Positions 39,794 to 50,082 of a stretch of 64,000 bases of DNA are shown piece by piece (the first letter of the stretch is position 1; each line of letters begins with the position of its first letter). The stretch lies in IMG/VR virus record IMGVR_UViG_3300050014_000310, positions 64,694-128,693 of that record. One strand, given 5' to 3'. This DNA is from a virus. The position numbers and the translations under genes were made by a program. The notes under the pieces are model-generated. The model was not told where the DNA came from and made no database searches. It saw nothing but the letters and a program-made list of their open reading frames with translations.

Positions 39794-40492
39794 TCATACG
39801 AACATCCTTTGCTGTGCCGTTTCTTGGGCTATACGCTTTTGCGCTAGGGCCGCGTATTCGGGAGATATTTCTATGCCGATGTAATTCCTGCCTGTGCTTG
39901 CAGCCGCTATTGCCGTTGACCCACTTCCAAGGAATGGATCGCAAATCGTTTGACCTTTTACGCTAACATCACGGATCAACTTTTCCATAAGAGGAACGGG
40001 CTTTTCGTTTGGGTGCTGGAGTTTTTCTGCATCTACCCTTGGCGAACGAACGATTGATTGTGGTCTATGATTCGGAAACTTGAACAGTCCTTTTGTGGCG
40101 AACCATACAACGTCATGCTGTAGAGCGTATGCGCCCTCTAAATCCCCTAAGCCGTGTACTGCCCTATCCCATATCACCTGAGACTTGATCGTGAATCCTG
40201 CCCATTCTATTGCTTGCTTGAAGGCATCCTGTACATCCCACCGGCAGAAACAAAGCAATGATCCGGTTAGTTTTGTAATGCGATAAGCATCATAGAGCCA
40301 CCAGATAAACGGGAGTTTGTCGTTGGCGATCTTAGGCTTCAATTGCGTTTTATCAATCCGCCAGGCGGATTGATAATCTATTCCATATGGAGGATCGGTC
40401 ACAAAAGAATCGATACTGTTGTCTGGCATCTCCCGCATGACTTCCAGGCAATCTCCGCATATTACTTTGTTCAGCCAGCGATCCATGTTCAT
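39794..40492 (-). CDS. DNA N6-A/N4-C methyltransferase (beta class), orphan
   Basis: GDCLEVM, TDPPY, HPNEKP, DPFLGSGST, GIEIS. Confidence 0.9.
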   Translation of the reverse strand: MNMDRWLNKVICGDCLEVMREMPDNSIDSFVTDPPYGIDYQSAWRIDKTQLKPKIANDKLPFIWWLYDAYRITKLTGSLLCFCRWDVQDAFKQAIEWAGFTIKSQVIWDRAVHGLGDLEGAYALQHDVVWFATKGLFKFPNHRPQSIVRSPRVDAEKLQHPNEKPVPLMEKLIRDVSVKGQTICDPFLGSGSTAIAAASTGRNYIGIEISPEYAALAQKRIAQETAQQRMFV

Positions 40493-40711
40493 GCCTCACA
40501 CTCCCTCAGTTCAATTGTGCCGCCCCACAGATCCCAGCAGGCGCCACCGTCAGGCGGCGGTTGATACTCGATCCCGTGATTCTCGCAGGTTTTGGCGACC
40601 ATTCGTTCGTTGATCACCATGCCATAGGGGATATCGTTGATTTCGCAAAAACGTTTGATCATTGATTCGCTCGGTTCTTCATCATATCGGTTTTTGATGA
40701 ACTCTTTGTAT

Positions 40712-41221
40712 TCATTGACTGTCATAGATATACTCCTGCATATGCTTTATGCTTTTTATCTTGCCATCATATTTAGAATGGCAGGATCGGCACATTCGCT
40801 TATAATCAGCGGGATCTTCATAATTACCGGTGAGATTTGCCCAATCATATCCTTTGCTTGGATCTGTTGTTCCGCATATTTCGCATTTTTGCGGTTTGCC
40901 ATAAAGCGCATATAGCCTCTTGTGCAAAGCAACATAACAAGAATTTGAACCTTTCCATGATTTTTTACGACCAATATCTCTTTTAATCTCTATTCTTGGC
41001 TTGTATTGATTGCGCCGAAATGTTTTGAGTATAACCGTTTGCGTTGTTCCCAGGGCTGCACCAACTTCTGATTGAGTCATGCCTGATTCGTATAGCCTCT
41101 TAACGTCTTCAAAAGAAATCGGGTACATTCGCGCTTTTACAGTGCATTGCCTTGAGCAGCATTTTGCTTTCGAATTATAGCTAATAAATTGCTTACCGCA
41201 TTGCTGGCAGATATGATTCAT
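40712..41221 (-). CDS. HNH-like endonuclease
   Basis: WKG..YVALHKRL..GKPQKCEICG..YDWAN..MCRSCHSKYD. Confidence 0.7.
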   Translation of the reverse strand: MNHICQQCGKQFISYNSKAKCCSRQCTVKARMYPISFEDVKRLYESGMTQSEVGAALGTTQTVILKTFRRNQYKPRIEIKRDIGRKKSWKGSNSCYVALHKRLYALYGKPQKCEICGTTDPSKGYDWANLTGNYEDPADYKRMCRSCHSKYDGKIKSIKHMQEYIYDSQ

Positions 41222-42720
41222 GTGGACTTACTCCCTTCTCGGCAAAGAACGATCTAACCTCGGCGCAGGATGTAAAGCGGGCGCGGACGGTGGTGGTGGT
41301 GTCGGTCATGATGCAGCACCCCTCTTGCAATAAACTGGGAGCGCGTTACCATCTCCATTGCAACTGCAACAGGGGACCGGCTTCTGATCTTTTAATGCCC
41401 TGGCGATTGTCCATGTATGAACGGTAAAATGTTTGCCGCATGTTTCACAGCGCACAACCACCTCTGAATTGCGAATCTCAAAGGCGTGCAGTCGCTTCTC
41501 CACCGCATGGCCATAGTCGCTGTATTTGAGGTCGTTTGTTTCCGTGCCATCTGGGAAAATTCGTTCAAACAGAAGCGCAAACTTTTGTTTTCCTTGTGTT
41601 TCTAATCGTCTCGATGTTGTAATCATCTTTAACGCTCAACTCCTTCACTCTGGCCGCCAACTCTGCATTCTCGGCCATGTAGATCCTCAATTTTTTGAGG
41701 TAACGCCCCTCTCTCGCCAGGGACATGTAGTAGAGGCGCTGGTAATCCGTCGGTTTCGCTATGATGGGACGGTGAGCGGTCAGCATTGTCGTGATCTCCT
41801 TGCATAATCCTGGTTGTCATTGGATACACTAGACTGGGGTATTATGTGCTTTCCCGTGAGACGATAAAAAATTATTCCTTCTGTGCAGTTTCAGCAGAGA
41901 TCCCCTGAATTACATCGCTGGCACAGAACCGGCTCCTTTCCCTTCAGGGCATCCTCTCCCCCGCCGGGTACCCAGCATAACCGTTTGCACTTCGGACAGG
42001 GCACCTGCTGCGTCCAGTGGGCTTGATGACCCCGTGAGTTCACTGGGTATCGCTCTACGAGGGGAAGCACGACGGGATAGGCGGTCATGGCGTGACCTCG
42101 GTGATGTCTTCCGGCTGCACCCTGACGATTTGCCCGTAGGATACGGCTACCAAGTAGACATCGACGTGCTTCGTGCAGATCCATCCGTATGCCTGATCCG
42201 GGGCGCCCCCATCCGTATAACCTGACTGCAGTTGTCTAACTCCGGCAATGATGCCCTCGCCCTTGCAATCGACTCTAATGACATCTTTATCTCGCCAGGA
42301 ATTGTGTTTGCATTGGCGTTCTGATATTGCCGTGAAGCTCACTTGCTGGCCCATGGGGAGCTTATCTTTGATCATGGCGTGGGCTCGGCAACTTCGGGCG
42401 CATTCTCCTCGGCTAGTTGTTTCTCAATTTCCGTGCCGCATTTCTGGCAAACTACCTTGTTCCCTTTGATGGTGAACATCAACCCCATGCGTTCCCCATC
42501 CTCGAACTTCTTGTGGCATAGAAAACAGTCGAATCCTTTGTAGCGCATATTGCCTCTGATCCGTCGCCAAGCGTTATTGAACGCACAAAAATCAACTATA
42601 ACGTGCGTAATCTTATATGTGGTTGTGGTGGTTCGTGTCTTGGTAATCTCGGGCATCTCCGTCTCTCCTCTCGATGAAAGTATCCCGGCAGCCCCCGAAG
42701 AGGCCACCGGGTTAGCAGGT

Positions 42721-43800
42721 CTATTCGTTGAAGCCCAGGTCGTCCTCGCCTGGCTGGCGTTCGCCTGGCAGCGGCATATCGCCGTTAAGAATCTCCTCGT
42801 CTGTCAAGGTATCCGGATGCAGACAGGCTAAGTCGTCAGTAATCAACGCCTGGAACTGCAGCAGGAACTCCGGTTTTTGCAGTTGCTCCCAGAAGCCGGC
42901 CTTGCTGCGCTTGGGGTTGGCATCAATGCGCTTCTTGACGCACACATCGACCTCGCCCCAGGCGTAGCCGTGGATCAGGGACCAGTCGCACATTTGCTTG
43001 TAGAACGCTGCCTGCTGTGGGTTGGCACCGTTGGTTGCCGGGGCGGTCTGCGTTGGTGGTGCTGGCGGAGATACGAGCGGGGGCGCAAGCGCCAGGGGAG
43101 GCTTAGCGGGGGGAACCGCTCCACCATCCAGCCATGTCTTGATCATGGTTGCGACTTCGGCAGTGGGCTTGTTGACGATGAAGCCGTCCATCGAGGCGCA
43201 GCGGGTCTTGCTGACGATGAAGTTATGCTCGGTGTCCATGTCGGCCACGATATCGAACTCGTACTCTAAGCCGTCACGCTGGACCGGCTGCATACCGACT
43301 TTCTTGACAACCTTTTTGCCGTTCTCCTCTGTCTGGATGTACTCCATCTTGGAGCGAATCGTCACGATGACGTGGCAGGGGCTGGTCAGCATGGCCTCAA
43401 TGAGGCGGTTCTGCAACGGAGTGATGTCACCCCAGGCAGCGAACTTGTTGCCGCTGTGCTTCGCTTTGAGTTTCTCGACCATCTCCAGAGCGCCACCGGT
43501 ACCCGCCCAGGCGTGAGATAGGCTGTCAATGATCAGGTTGTCGTATCCTGCGGCGCCGGCGGTGTGGATCGCCTCGATGTAGACCTCAGGGCTGAATGTG
43601 GTAAGCTCCAGGGTGTCGAAGGTGAACAGGTCGGCGTACTTGCTGGCGCTGCCGTGCTCCGTGTCGATCAAGGCGGTCGTCCCGCCCAGGCCGGCTGCCA
43701 GCACCAGGGCGGTGAATGTCTTGCCGGACCCGCTGGGCCCGATGAGGCCGATGCGGCCTTTAGCCTGAGACTTGACGGCTTTCGTAAACTGCATAGCCAT
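42721..43800 (-). CDS. AAA_24 ATPase, Sak4-like single-strand annealing protein
   Basis: GPSGSGKT, IDTEHGSA, IIDSLSHAW, QRDGLEYEFD. Confidence 0.8.
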   Translation of the reverse strand: MAMQFTKAVKSQAKGRIGLIGPSGSGKTFTALVLAAGLGGTTALIDTEHGSASKYADLFTFDTLELTTFSPEVYIEAIHTAGAAGYDNLIIDSLSHAWAGTGGALEMVEKLKAKHSGNKFAAWGDITPLQNRLIEAMLTSPCHVIVTIRSKMEYIQTEENGKKVVKKVGMQPVQRDGLEYEFDIVADMDTEHNFIVSKTRCASMDGFIVNKPTAEVATMIKTWLDGGAVPPAKPPLALAPPLVSPPAPPTQTAPATNGANPQQAAFYKQMCDWSLIHGYAWGEVDVCVKKRIDANPKRSKAGFWEQLQKPEFLLQFQALITDDLACLHPDTLTDEEILNGDMPLPGERQPGEDDLGFNE

Positions 43801-44379
43801 CTACTCCACCCCCGCCATGAGTCTCATATCTCTGCTCACCGTGTTTACGCCTATACATAGCGTTTTTGCTATTGCCTCATATGTCAGTCCCCAATTACGC
43901 AAGTTCAAGATCGCTGGCATCCGTTTTTCCCTCCTTAGTTGACCATGCAGGCGTGTGTGCTCACCTTGCGTTGTTATAAGTAAGTTTTCAGGACGGTTGT
44001 CGTAGGTATCTCCGTTGATGTGATGCACTACTTCCGTTGGTAAGAGTTTACGGCCAAGCATCTTTTCAGCAACAATTCGATGTTGGAATATGCGCCTTCT
44101 TCCTATGGCATAGTAACCTTTGAATTTGAAATATCCTCGCTTAAACCCAGGTGGATTTTTTAACATTCGCTGTAGCAGTTTTTCCCTTGCATTGGGTAGG
44201 GCAGCAGCTTCTTTCGGAGATCTTCTGGGAATATCAAGTTGTCGCAGACCCCGGAAAATGGTATCTTTGCTGCACCCACATAAGGCAGCAATTTCAGCGG
44301 CGGTCATTTTTTCCTCGAGGTACTTGTGCTGAAGCCAGTTAGGATCAAGGTTAATTTTATTGCTGCCACCGCTTCCCAT
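43801..44379 (-). CDS. HNH endonuclease
   Basis: QHRIVAE..LGR..VVHHINGDTYDNRPENL..H; HTH-like ends. Confidence 0.85.
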   Translation of the reverse strand: MGSGGSNKINLDPNWLQHKYLEEKMTAAEIAALCGCSKDTIFRGLRQLDIPRRSPKEAAALPNAREKLLQRMLKNPPGFKRGYFKFKGYYAIGRRRIFQHRIVAEKMLGRKLLPTEVVHHINGDTYDNRPENLLITTQGEHTRLHGQLRREKRMPAILNLRNWGLTYEAIAKTLCIGVNTVSRDMRLMAGVE

Positions 44380-44717
44380 TAATCATCATCCTTCGATAGA
44401 ATCCGTGCCACGTTGCGATAGGCTGCGAATTCGTTCTGCGCCCGGTTCAACAGTTTGCGGTAATCCGGCAGTGCAGCCTCATAATTACTGACGGTGTCCC
44501 GCAATCCGTGGGTCATCTGATGCAGTTGTGCTGTTCTGATCTCAACGTTCTTGCCGTCGATGGTACCGCTGGACAATAGTTCTCCTTCCGCAACCTTGAG
44601 ATCGTCTTGGGCGTTGATAAGGTTCTGCTGTACCCTGATCAGATCAGATTCTGCAGATTCGATCTCCTTCGGAAGTGCCAACAGCCGGTTAATCACTTGC
44701 TCGCGTGTCGATGTCAT
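44379..44717 (-). CDS. Coiled-coil hypothetical protein
   Basis: IDGKNVEIRTAQL motif; upstream of the recombination genes. Confidence 0.55.
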   Translation of the reverse strand: MTSTREQVINRLLALPKEIESAESDLIRVQQNLINAQDDLKVAEGELLSSGTIDGKNVEIRTAQLHQMTHGLRDTVSNYEAALPDYRKLLNRAQNEFAAYRNVARILSKDDD

Positions 44718-45533
44718 TCGGTATCGCTCCCTTCAATTTGCCGCCCTGAGGCGGTCTTTCTATTCCTCTTCCTCTGGCTCCTCTGATGGGGGCGCCGTAA
44801 TGCTGATCCTGCTGTACTTGCCAACTGCGCCATCCCTAAACGTGACGAGGACGGCATCAGGGTACGACTGGCTCGGGATGTTGAAAGCGCCCTGGGGGAT
44901 AGTGACCGAATTGAAACGCTGCGGTATTTGATGGGTACCCTCACATTCCCTTACCCTGGATTCATCCTCATTTTCAAAACCGCAGTCGTCGCAGATGTAA
45001 ATGAACTTGCTATTCATCCTTGCTGCCCCCTTCTATCGCCTCGCTCAGCGCCTCTTGGAGTCTCGCTAATTCCTTGCCCGGGAAGGCCACAAGGTCGTGG
45101 CAGCTCAGATCCAAATAGATAGGTTCTTCCGGGTCTATCCTGGTGGCAGGACGGTATCCAGTGGGAATATCCTGCCTACCGTTGCTCTCAAGAAATGTGA
45201 GGAGGGCTTTAGCGGCGACGAGGACGGGATCGGGCTGCGGCGGTTCCGCCAGATGCCTGACCTCGTAGCCTGCTGCCCAAGTCCAGGGCTGCGGCGGTTC
45301 CGCCAGATGCCTGACCTCGTAGCCTGCTGCCCAAGTCCAGTGGCCGTTGTCGTACTGAATCCTAAACAAAGCATCCGTGTCATAATCCGAAATGGTGCCT
45401 ACCGTTCCCTGGTTCTCCGAGTCACTACGTTTCCAGTGAGGGTTAACCATTTCTACTCTGTCGCCAACCTTGAACCCGTTCATATCCGCGCTCATTCGGT
45501 ATCGCTCCCTTCGATTTGCCGCCCTGAGGCGGT
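44714..45533. repeat. 42-bp direct repeat pair (44714-44755, 45492-45533)
   Basis: 41/42 identical; contains a small hairpin, RBS and ATG. Confidence 0.9.
45232..45339. repeat. Perfect 54-bp tandem duplication
   Basis: Encodes WTWAAGYEVRHLAEPPQP twice. Confidence 0.9.
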
Positions 45534-47233
45534 GAATGCGCCGCCAAAGTATGTCCAGGGCACTGCATCTGCCGCCTGCCGCCAAAATGGTTTGCGGGCT
45601 CCTCTCTGGTGGAGGGCGCTGAGCGATCCGCAGGCTGCACAGGGTTGCCGCTGGAAGTCGTACTGCCCGGCCAGCGGCTTCATGCCGTCCTCGTTGGGTC
45701 TGTCTAGCAGAGCGTTCAGGTTGTGCCGGTCGAGGTGCTTGTGTTCGCACTGTCCGCACATGCCGACGATACAGCAGTCGGTGAATCGGTACATCTCAGG
45801 CAAGTGAAGCCCTCCTCTCAAACACGATGCAGTTTTTCCATCTTGCGATCGCACCCTGCCGCCCAAAGTCATTCTGAATCTCCGGGTGATGGCATGACAC
45901 GCTATCCAGGATGCTCGGCAGGTCGATGTCGATCTCCGTGCGATCCTCGCCCCTGAAGCGGCACATGCAGCACAGCAGAGGATAAGGTGTCTCATCCATC
46001 GGGTCATCCTCGTGCACGTCGGTCGGGCAATCCGGGTACAGCCGGCAGCCCTCACATTGTGAATTGCAGTAACTGTGGCGAGGCGGTGCGATTAATCCTT
46101 CAGGCATTCAGTTCCGCCTCGTTTCTGGCCTCTTCTAATTCGGACAGGTCGAATCCGTGCTTGCTAATTAGCCGAACCATCATGTCCCGGTCAAACTTGG
46201 GATGAAACTTGGTATCCAGGTCAACAATCACTTCCTCAGGATCTGGCCCGTATTGATCCTGGGCATTGCGTTCCTTCGGATCGGTCGGGCGCTGCCATAT
46301 CATCAAAAACTCTCCGCAAGCATGGTCATTGCCAAACGCCAATCCTCTATCCTCATGTTTAACTTCGTATCTACTCACCAGAAATCGCCTCCTGTGCGCT
46401 CTTAATGCGCCTGTTGTGATACGCTCGTAAAGCACTGGTTAACCCATCCATGCCTAACCGCCGATTCCCTGGCACCAACGATGCAACCGGGACGGTGATC
46501 GATATTGGCAACTTCTCGCTGCCGATGTGGACCCTGGCGCGATCGCCGTCGATCTTGACGACGATGGCCGGGATGAGAACGCTGTCGCCGATTTTGAATA
46601 CGTGCATCCCTACTCCTCCTATCTCACTAACTTGTTTGCCCGAATCAGTTTAGTCTCCAACGATTCTTTCTCTTCGGGTAGCAGGATAAATCCCACGACC
46701 AAAAACAGCGCCAGTATTGCCATGACTACGTAACCGTTCAATCCATTCGCCTCCCTGACACCAGGCTGTCTCTGCCATTCCCAGACCGCAGCAGAGAACG
46801 GTCAGCAGGAACTCCAGTGCTCTTCTCACGGTTGTCCTCCCACCTCGCAAATATGGCGCAGCACAACATACAGCCCCATACTGGCAAATCCTGCTGAGCG
46901 CATTCCTTGGCCACCTGGATCAGCCGCAGTTTGTCATGCTTGAGCATCACCCCGCACTTGGGGCAGATGTTGCCAACTATCGTCTGCCGTGCCCTGACGT
47001 GGACATAGCCATCGCGGCCGGGGTAGATGATGTAGCCGGGGAATTTAATCTGCTGCAGCTTCTTGGCCGACAGGACGGCGCTGGCAACGGTGTGAAAGGT
47101 GTCCCGGTACTCGGCGCTCCCGTGCTTGATGAGGCTGTGCATTGTGGCATCCAGGATGTCCCTGGTCCAGTGCGCTTGCTCAAACTCGTAGACGTGACAT
47201 GCCATTGTGTGTTATCCTTTCTAGTGAGTGTTA

Positions 47234-47734
47234 CTATGAGCGCCTTTGCAGAGGCGCTTTTTCATTTGCCAGCATCGCTGTGACTGGCTCCGCGTACTGA
47301 CTTTCTGATTCCACCAAGAAGCTGAACAGTGCCCGCAGCAGTCTGATCATCTCCTGGTCAACATCTTCCAGGAGCGCCTTGTCATCCGGCGCCAGGTCAC
47401 CAGCTCGCAACTTATCGACCAAGTGCTGCGGCAGAACCGCGAGCTCCCCCGCCAGACGTAGCACTTCCTGCTTCACCTTCTCCACCATCGCCAGCGGATG
47501 TCTGTCGCCAGCCAACGGCTCGAAGCAGACGTAGCCGGTGTCTTCCAGCGCCACGGCCAACCCCGCCAGCAGATGCATCGTCGATAATTTGCGCCGGGCC
47601 TGCCGCGGTATCGGGCGCTTCTCCTGGCAACATGAGTACAGCGCATCTGTGCTGACGCCGCATTCGATTGCCCACGCCTTCACCGGTGTATCGCTCCGCT
47701 CGATTGCCTCACGCACCATCGTACCTATCCCCAT
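47234..47734 (-). CDS. Putative HTH regulatory protein
   Basis: WAIECGVSTDALYS HTH-like N-terminus; position after the antirepressor. Confidence 0.5.
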   Translation of the reverse strand: MGIGTMVREAIERSDTPVKAWAIECGVSTDALYSCCQEKRPIPRQARRKLSTMHLLAGLAVALEDTGYVCFEPLAGDRHPLAMVEKVKQEVLRLAGELAVLPQHLVDKLRAGDLAPDDKALLEDVDQEMIRLLRALFSFLVESESQYAEPVTAMLANEKAPLQRRS

Positions 47735-47799
47735 CGTTAATCCCTCCTCTCTCGTCGTTTTTTGCCTGTTTAATCGGACACGGGAAATTGTTACTCTTG

Positions 47800-48534
47800 C
47801 TACATCGCCTGTTGACGGTTCAGCATTTTATCTGCTACTCGCAGGGCGTCTTCAATCAGACCGGCGGCTGTCAAATAGCCCGGCATCGAAAGGCGTTTGA
47901 GGTTGTGCTGTGCCATGTAATTCAGGCGGCGCGCTTCAAGGTTGGTATGGTAGGCGTTGTTGAAGGCGGTCCGGAAATTTTCCCAGCCCTTGGCATAGAT
48001 GATGCCGTTGTCGTAGGCGTACTTTTTAACCATGGAGTTGAGGCGCTGTTGTGGAGTTCCGTCAATGTTGGTTGCATCCAGGCTGTCAACGCGGTGGTTG
48101 ACGGTGGTCAGGGTTTCTTCTACGGCGACAAGGCGTTTTTCTTGAGCAACCAGAAGCTGGACGGTTTGCAGCAGCGCTTCGGTTGGGGAGACGGGCTGGG
48201 ACGACTTGATCTGGTAATAATCATCAACCAACTTCTCATAGGCTTCCCATGCCCGATCGGTGTTCAGAGACTTTGCGTGATGCCAAGCACCCTTTTCAGT
48301 CCAGAGGTAGAGAATAGAAGTAAACTTGAGGCTTTCCGCAATTTGCGGATACCCTTCCTTGAAAGCCTTGAGCGATTCGCCAGACAAGGAATAGAAGTGC
48401 TTTCCCTCGGTATAGCGGCCCTCATTGCGGTTGAAGTTCTCGGAGATGCGCTTCTCGTCCGTACCGTAGGCTTCTGCCAACTGCGCCGTGGTCAAGATTC
48501 TTTGGTTCCGGTACTCAATCGGTTGAATGTTCAT
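47800..48534 (-). CDS. ORF6N-domain antirepressor
   Basis: QRILTTAQLAEAYGT..NFNRN..LYLWTEKGA..HAKSLNTDRAWE. Confidence 0.88.
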   Translation of the reverse strand: MNIQPIEYRNQRILTTAQLAEAYGTDEKRISENFNRNEGRYTEGKHFYSLSGESLKAFKEGYPQIAESLKFTSILYLWTEKGAWHHAKSLNTDRAWEAYEKLVDDYYQIKSSQPVSPTEALLQTVQLLVAQEKRLVAVEETLTTVNHRVDSLDATNIDGTPQQRLNSMVKKYAYDNGIIYAKGWENFRTAFNNAYHTNLEARRLNYMAQHNLKRLSMPGYLTAAGLIEDALRVADKMLNRQQAM

Positions 48535-48570
48535 TGTGCTTCCTCCGTTTCGTTTCTCGTTCCACCGAAG

Positions 48571-48900
48571 TTACTCTGTTACCGGGTTGAACATCTCCTG
48601 ATCCCTCGCCCACTCGATCAGGTCGCTGGTGAGAAATCGCTTGTGCTCACCGACCATGAAGAAAGGGATCTTGTGCTGCTTCATCAGGTCGTAGATCTTC
48701 CACTCGCTGATGTGGAAGAAGGCGCAGACGCCCTTCACCGTGAGAACGGCGTCCGTCTGCTTGATGACGAGCTGGTCATCGATGGCCGGCTGCATCTTCG
48801 GTTTGGGGATGCGCTTCCCGCAGGCCGGGCAGAATCTAGAACCTTCGGGCGCCGGAATGTTGCAGTGCTTGCAGGTAAACTGTTGAAGCTCGATTGCCAT
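48571..48900 (-). CDS. Zn-ribbon + excisionase-type HTH protein (putative Xis)
   Basis: CKHC..FCPACG; LTVKGVCAFFHISEWKIYDLMKQHKIPFF..KRF. Confidence 0.7.
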   Translation of the reverse strand: MAIELQQFTCKHCNIPAPEGSRFCPACGKRIPKPKMQPAIDDQLVIKQTDAVLTVKGVCAFFHISEWKIYDLMKQHKIPFFMVGEHKRFLTSDLIEWARDQEMFNPVTE

Positions 48901-48922
48901 GTGGGTCCTCCTTTCCCAGGGG

Positions 48923-49129
48923 TTAAGAAACCTTCTGACGGAGAAAGACTTCTGCCGGATGTCCGGTGAGCCCGACTAATTTGAGAATCAGTTGTTTGCC
49001 TGGCTGCTTCTTGCCGTTTTCGAGATCGGAGTAGAAACCCGGAACAACTCCGAGGATTGCGGCCATGTCCTTTTTCTTTCTGTCACCACGCCAAATCTTA
49101 AGGATTTCGCTGGTAGTCATTTGGTGCAC
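48923..49129 (-). CDS. Cro-like XRE regulator
   Basis: DMAAILGVVPGFYSDLENGKKQP; divergent from the repressor. Confidence 0.8.
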   Translation of the reverse strand: MHQMTTSEILKIWRGDRKKKDMAAILGVVPGFYSDLENGKKQPGKQLILKLVGLTGHPAEVFLRQKVS

Positions 49130-49135
49130 CTTCTC

Positions 49136-49228
49136 TCTGAGTAAAGCCTATAGTCACATATTACACCCTCAGTAAAGTTGTGTCAACACTGTTGGCGAAT
49201 ATTTATTATTGATGTTTACTTAGGGGAA
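49136..49228. promoter_or_regulatory. Lytic promoter and candidate operators
   Basis: Minus strand TTGACA(49186-49181)-17-TAATAT(49163-49158); three CTnAGTAAA-type motifs near 49138, 49168 and (inverted) 49215. Confidence 0.65.
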
Positions 49229-49263
49229 AAAGGGGAACAATAGCCGCTATAGAAGTGTTTTAA

Positions 49264-49688
49264 ATGATTAATTCGCTGGAGGTAAAGACGATGGGATTCA
49301 AAGGAATGGAGTTCCATGGCGGTAGGCTAAGCAGTAGAAGAAACTCTCTCGATATTAAAATAGAGGGCTTATCCAACGCGACAGGGATTAGCCCTGCCTA
49401 CATATCATCGCTTGAAAATGGCAAAAAAAATAACCCCAGCCTAGACGTCATAAACGGATTGGCCAGGGAGTAGACGTAGATGCTCTATTCTTCTTTATGG
49501 ACGATGTGCCAATGGACATGATGCCGCCATTGCCGAATGATGCTCTTTGTTTCCTAATGCGCGAAGAAAAAGAAGATATTATTCACTGGATCCGTTTTGC
49601 AATAAAGCTCAAGGAACTGGGGAAAGATCCTTACGAGTACCTGAAGGCTCTTGAGTACGTTTCACCTGGATTCCCGCCCTTTGCATAA
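49264..49688 (+). pseudogene. CI-like XRE repressor split by a 1-nt frameshift
   Basis: HTH ends NGLARE-stop; adding one base at 49470/49471 gives E-L-DVDALFFF running into the ORF at 49497. Confidence 0.65.
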
Positions 49689-49956
49689 ACTCAATAAACT
49701 CGGTCTCACATTGCTTGTCCACGACGTACTTATCATTCTGACCTCGTGCCCATTTGAATGGGCCGCCTAAGTCAAAGACTTGATACTCCAAATTCCACCC
49801 CTCCCCCTTCTCTATCACAAACGTAGGTTCTTATGACCTGATTTTACTCTGCATCATAAATTTGTCCATAGCCCTTTTATCCTAATTTTAATTAGGACTT
49901 TCTCGGTATTTCGACTTTATTCGACCTTAACGATGGGATGTAGGCAAAGGAGAGGC

Positions 49957-50052
49957 ATGGAATCCTTCTTTATGGTGATCGGAATTGTCTGTGCTGTGTC
50001 ATTTATCGTGATGTTGATAAGAAAGATATTTTGTAATGACGATGGCGAATGA
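49957..50052 (+). CDS. Small membrane peptide (31 aa)
   Basis: RBS AGGAGAGG; MESFFMVIGIVCAVSFIVMLIRKIFCNDDGE. Confidence 0.45.
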   Translation: MESFFMVIGIVCAVSFIVMLIRKIFCNDDGE

Positions 50053-50082
50053 AGATCTGATCCCCTACCAAGGAGGCAACCC

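Noticed and set aside
47668-48969. 433-aa plus-strand ORF
   Set aside because: Antisense shadow of the ORF6N and Xis-like genes; no motifs
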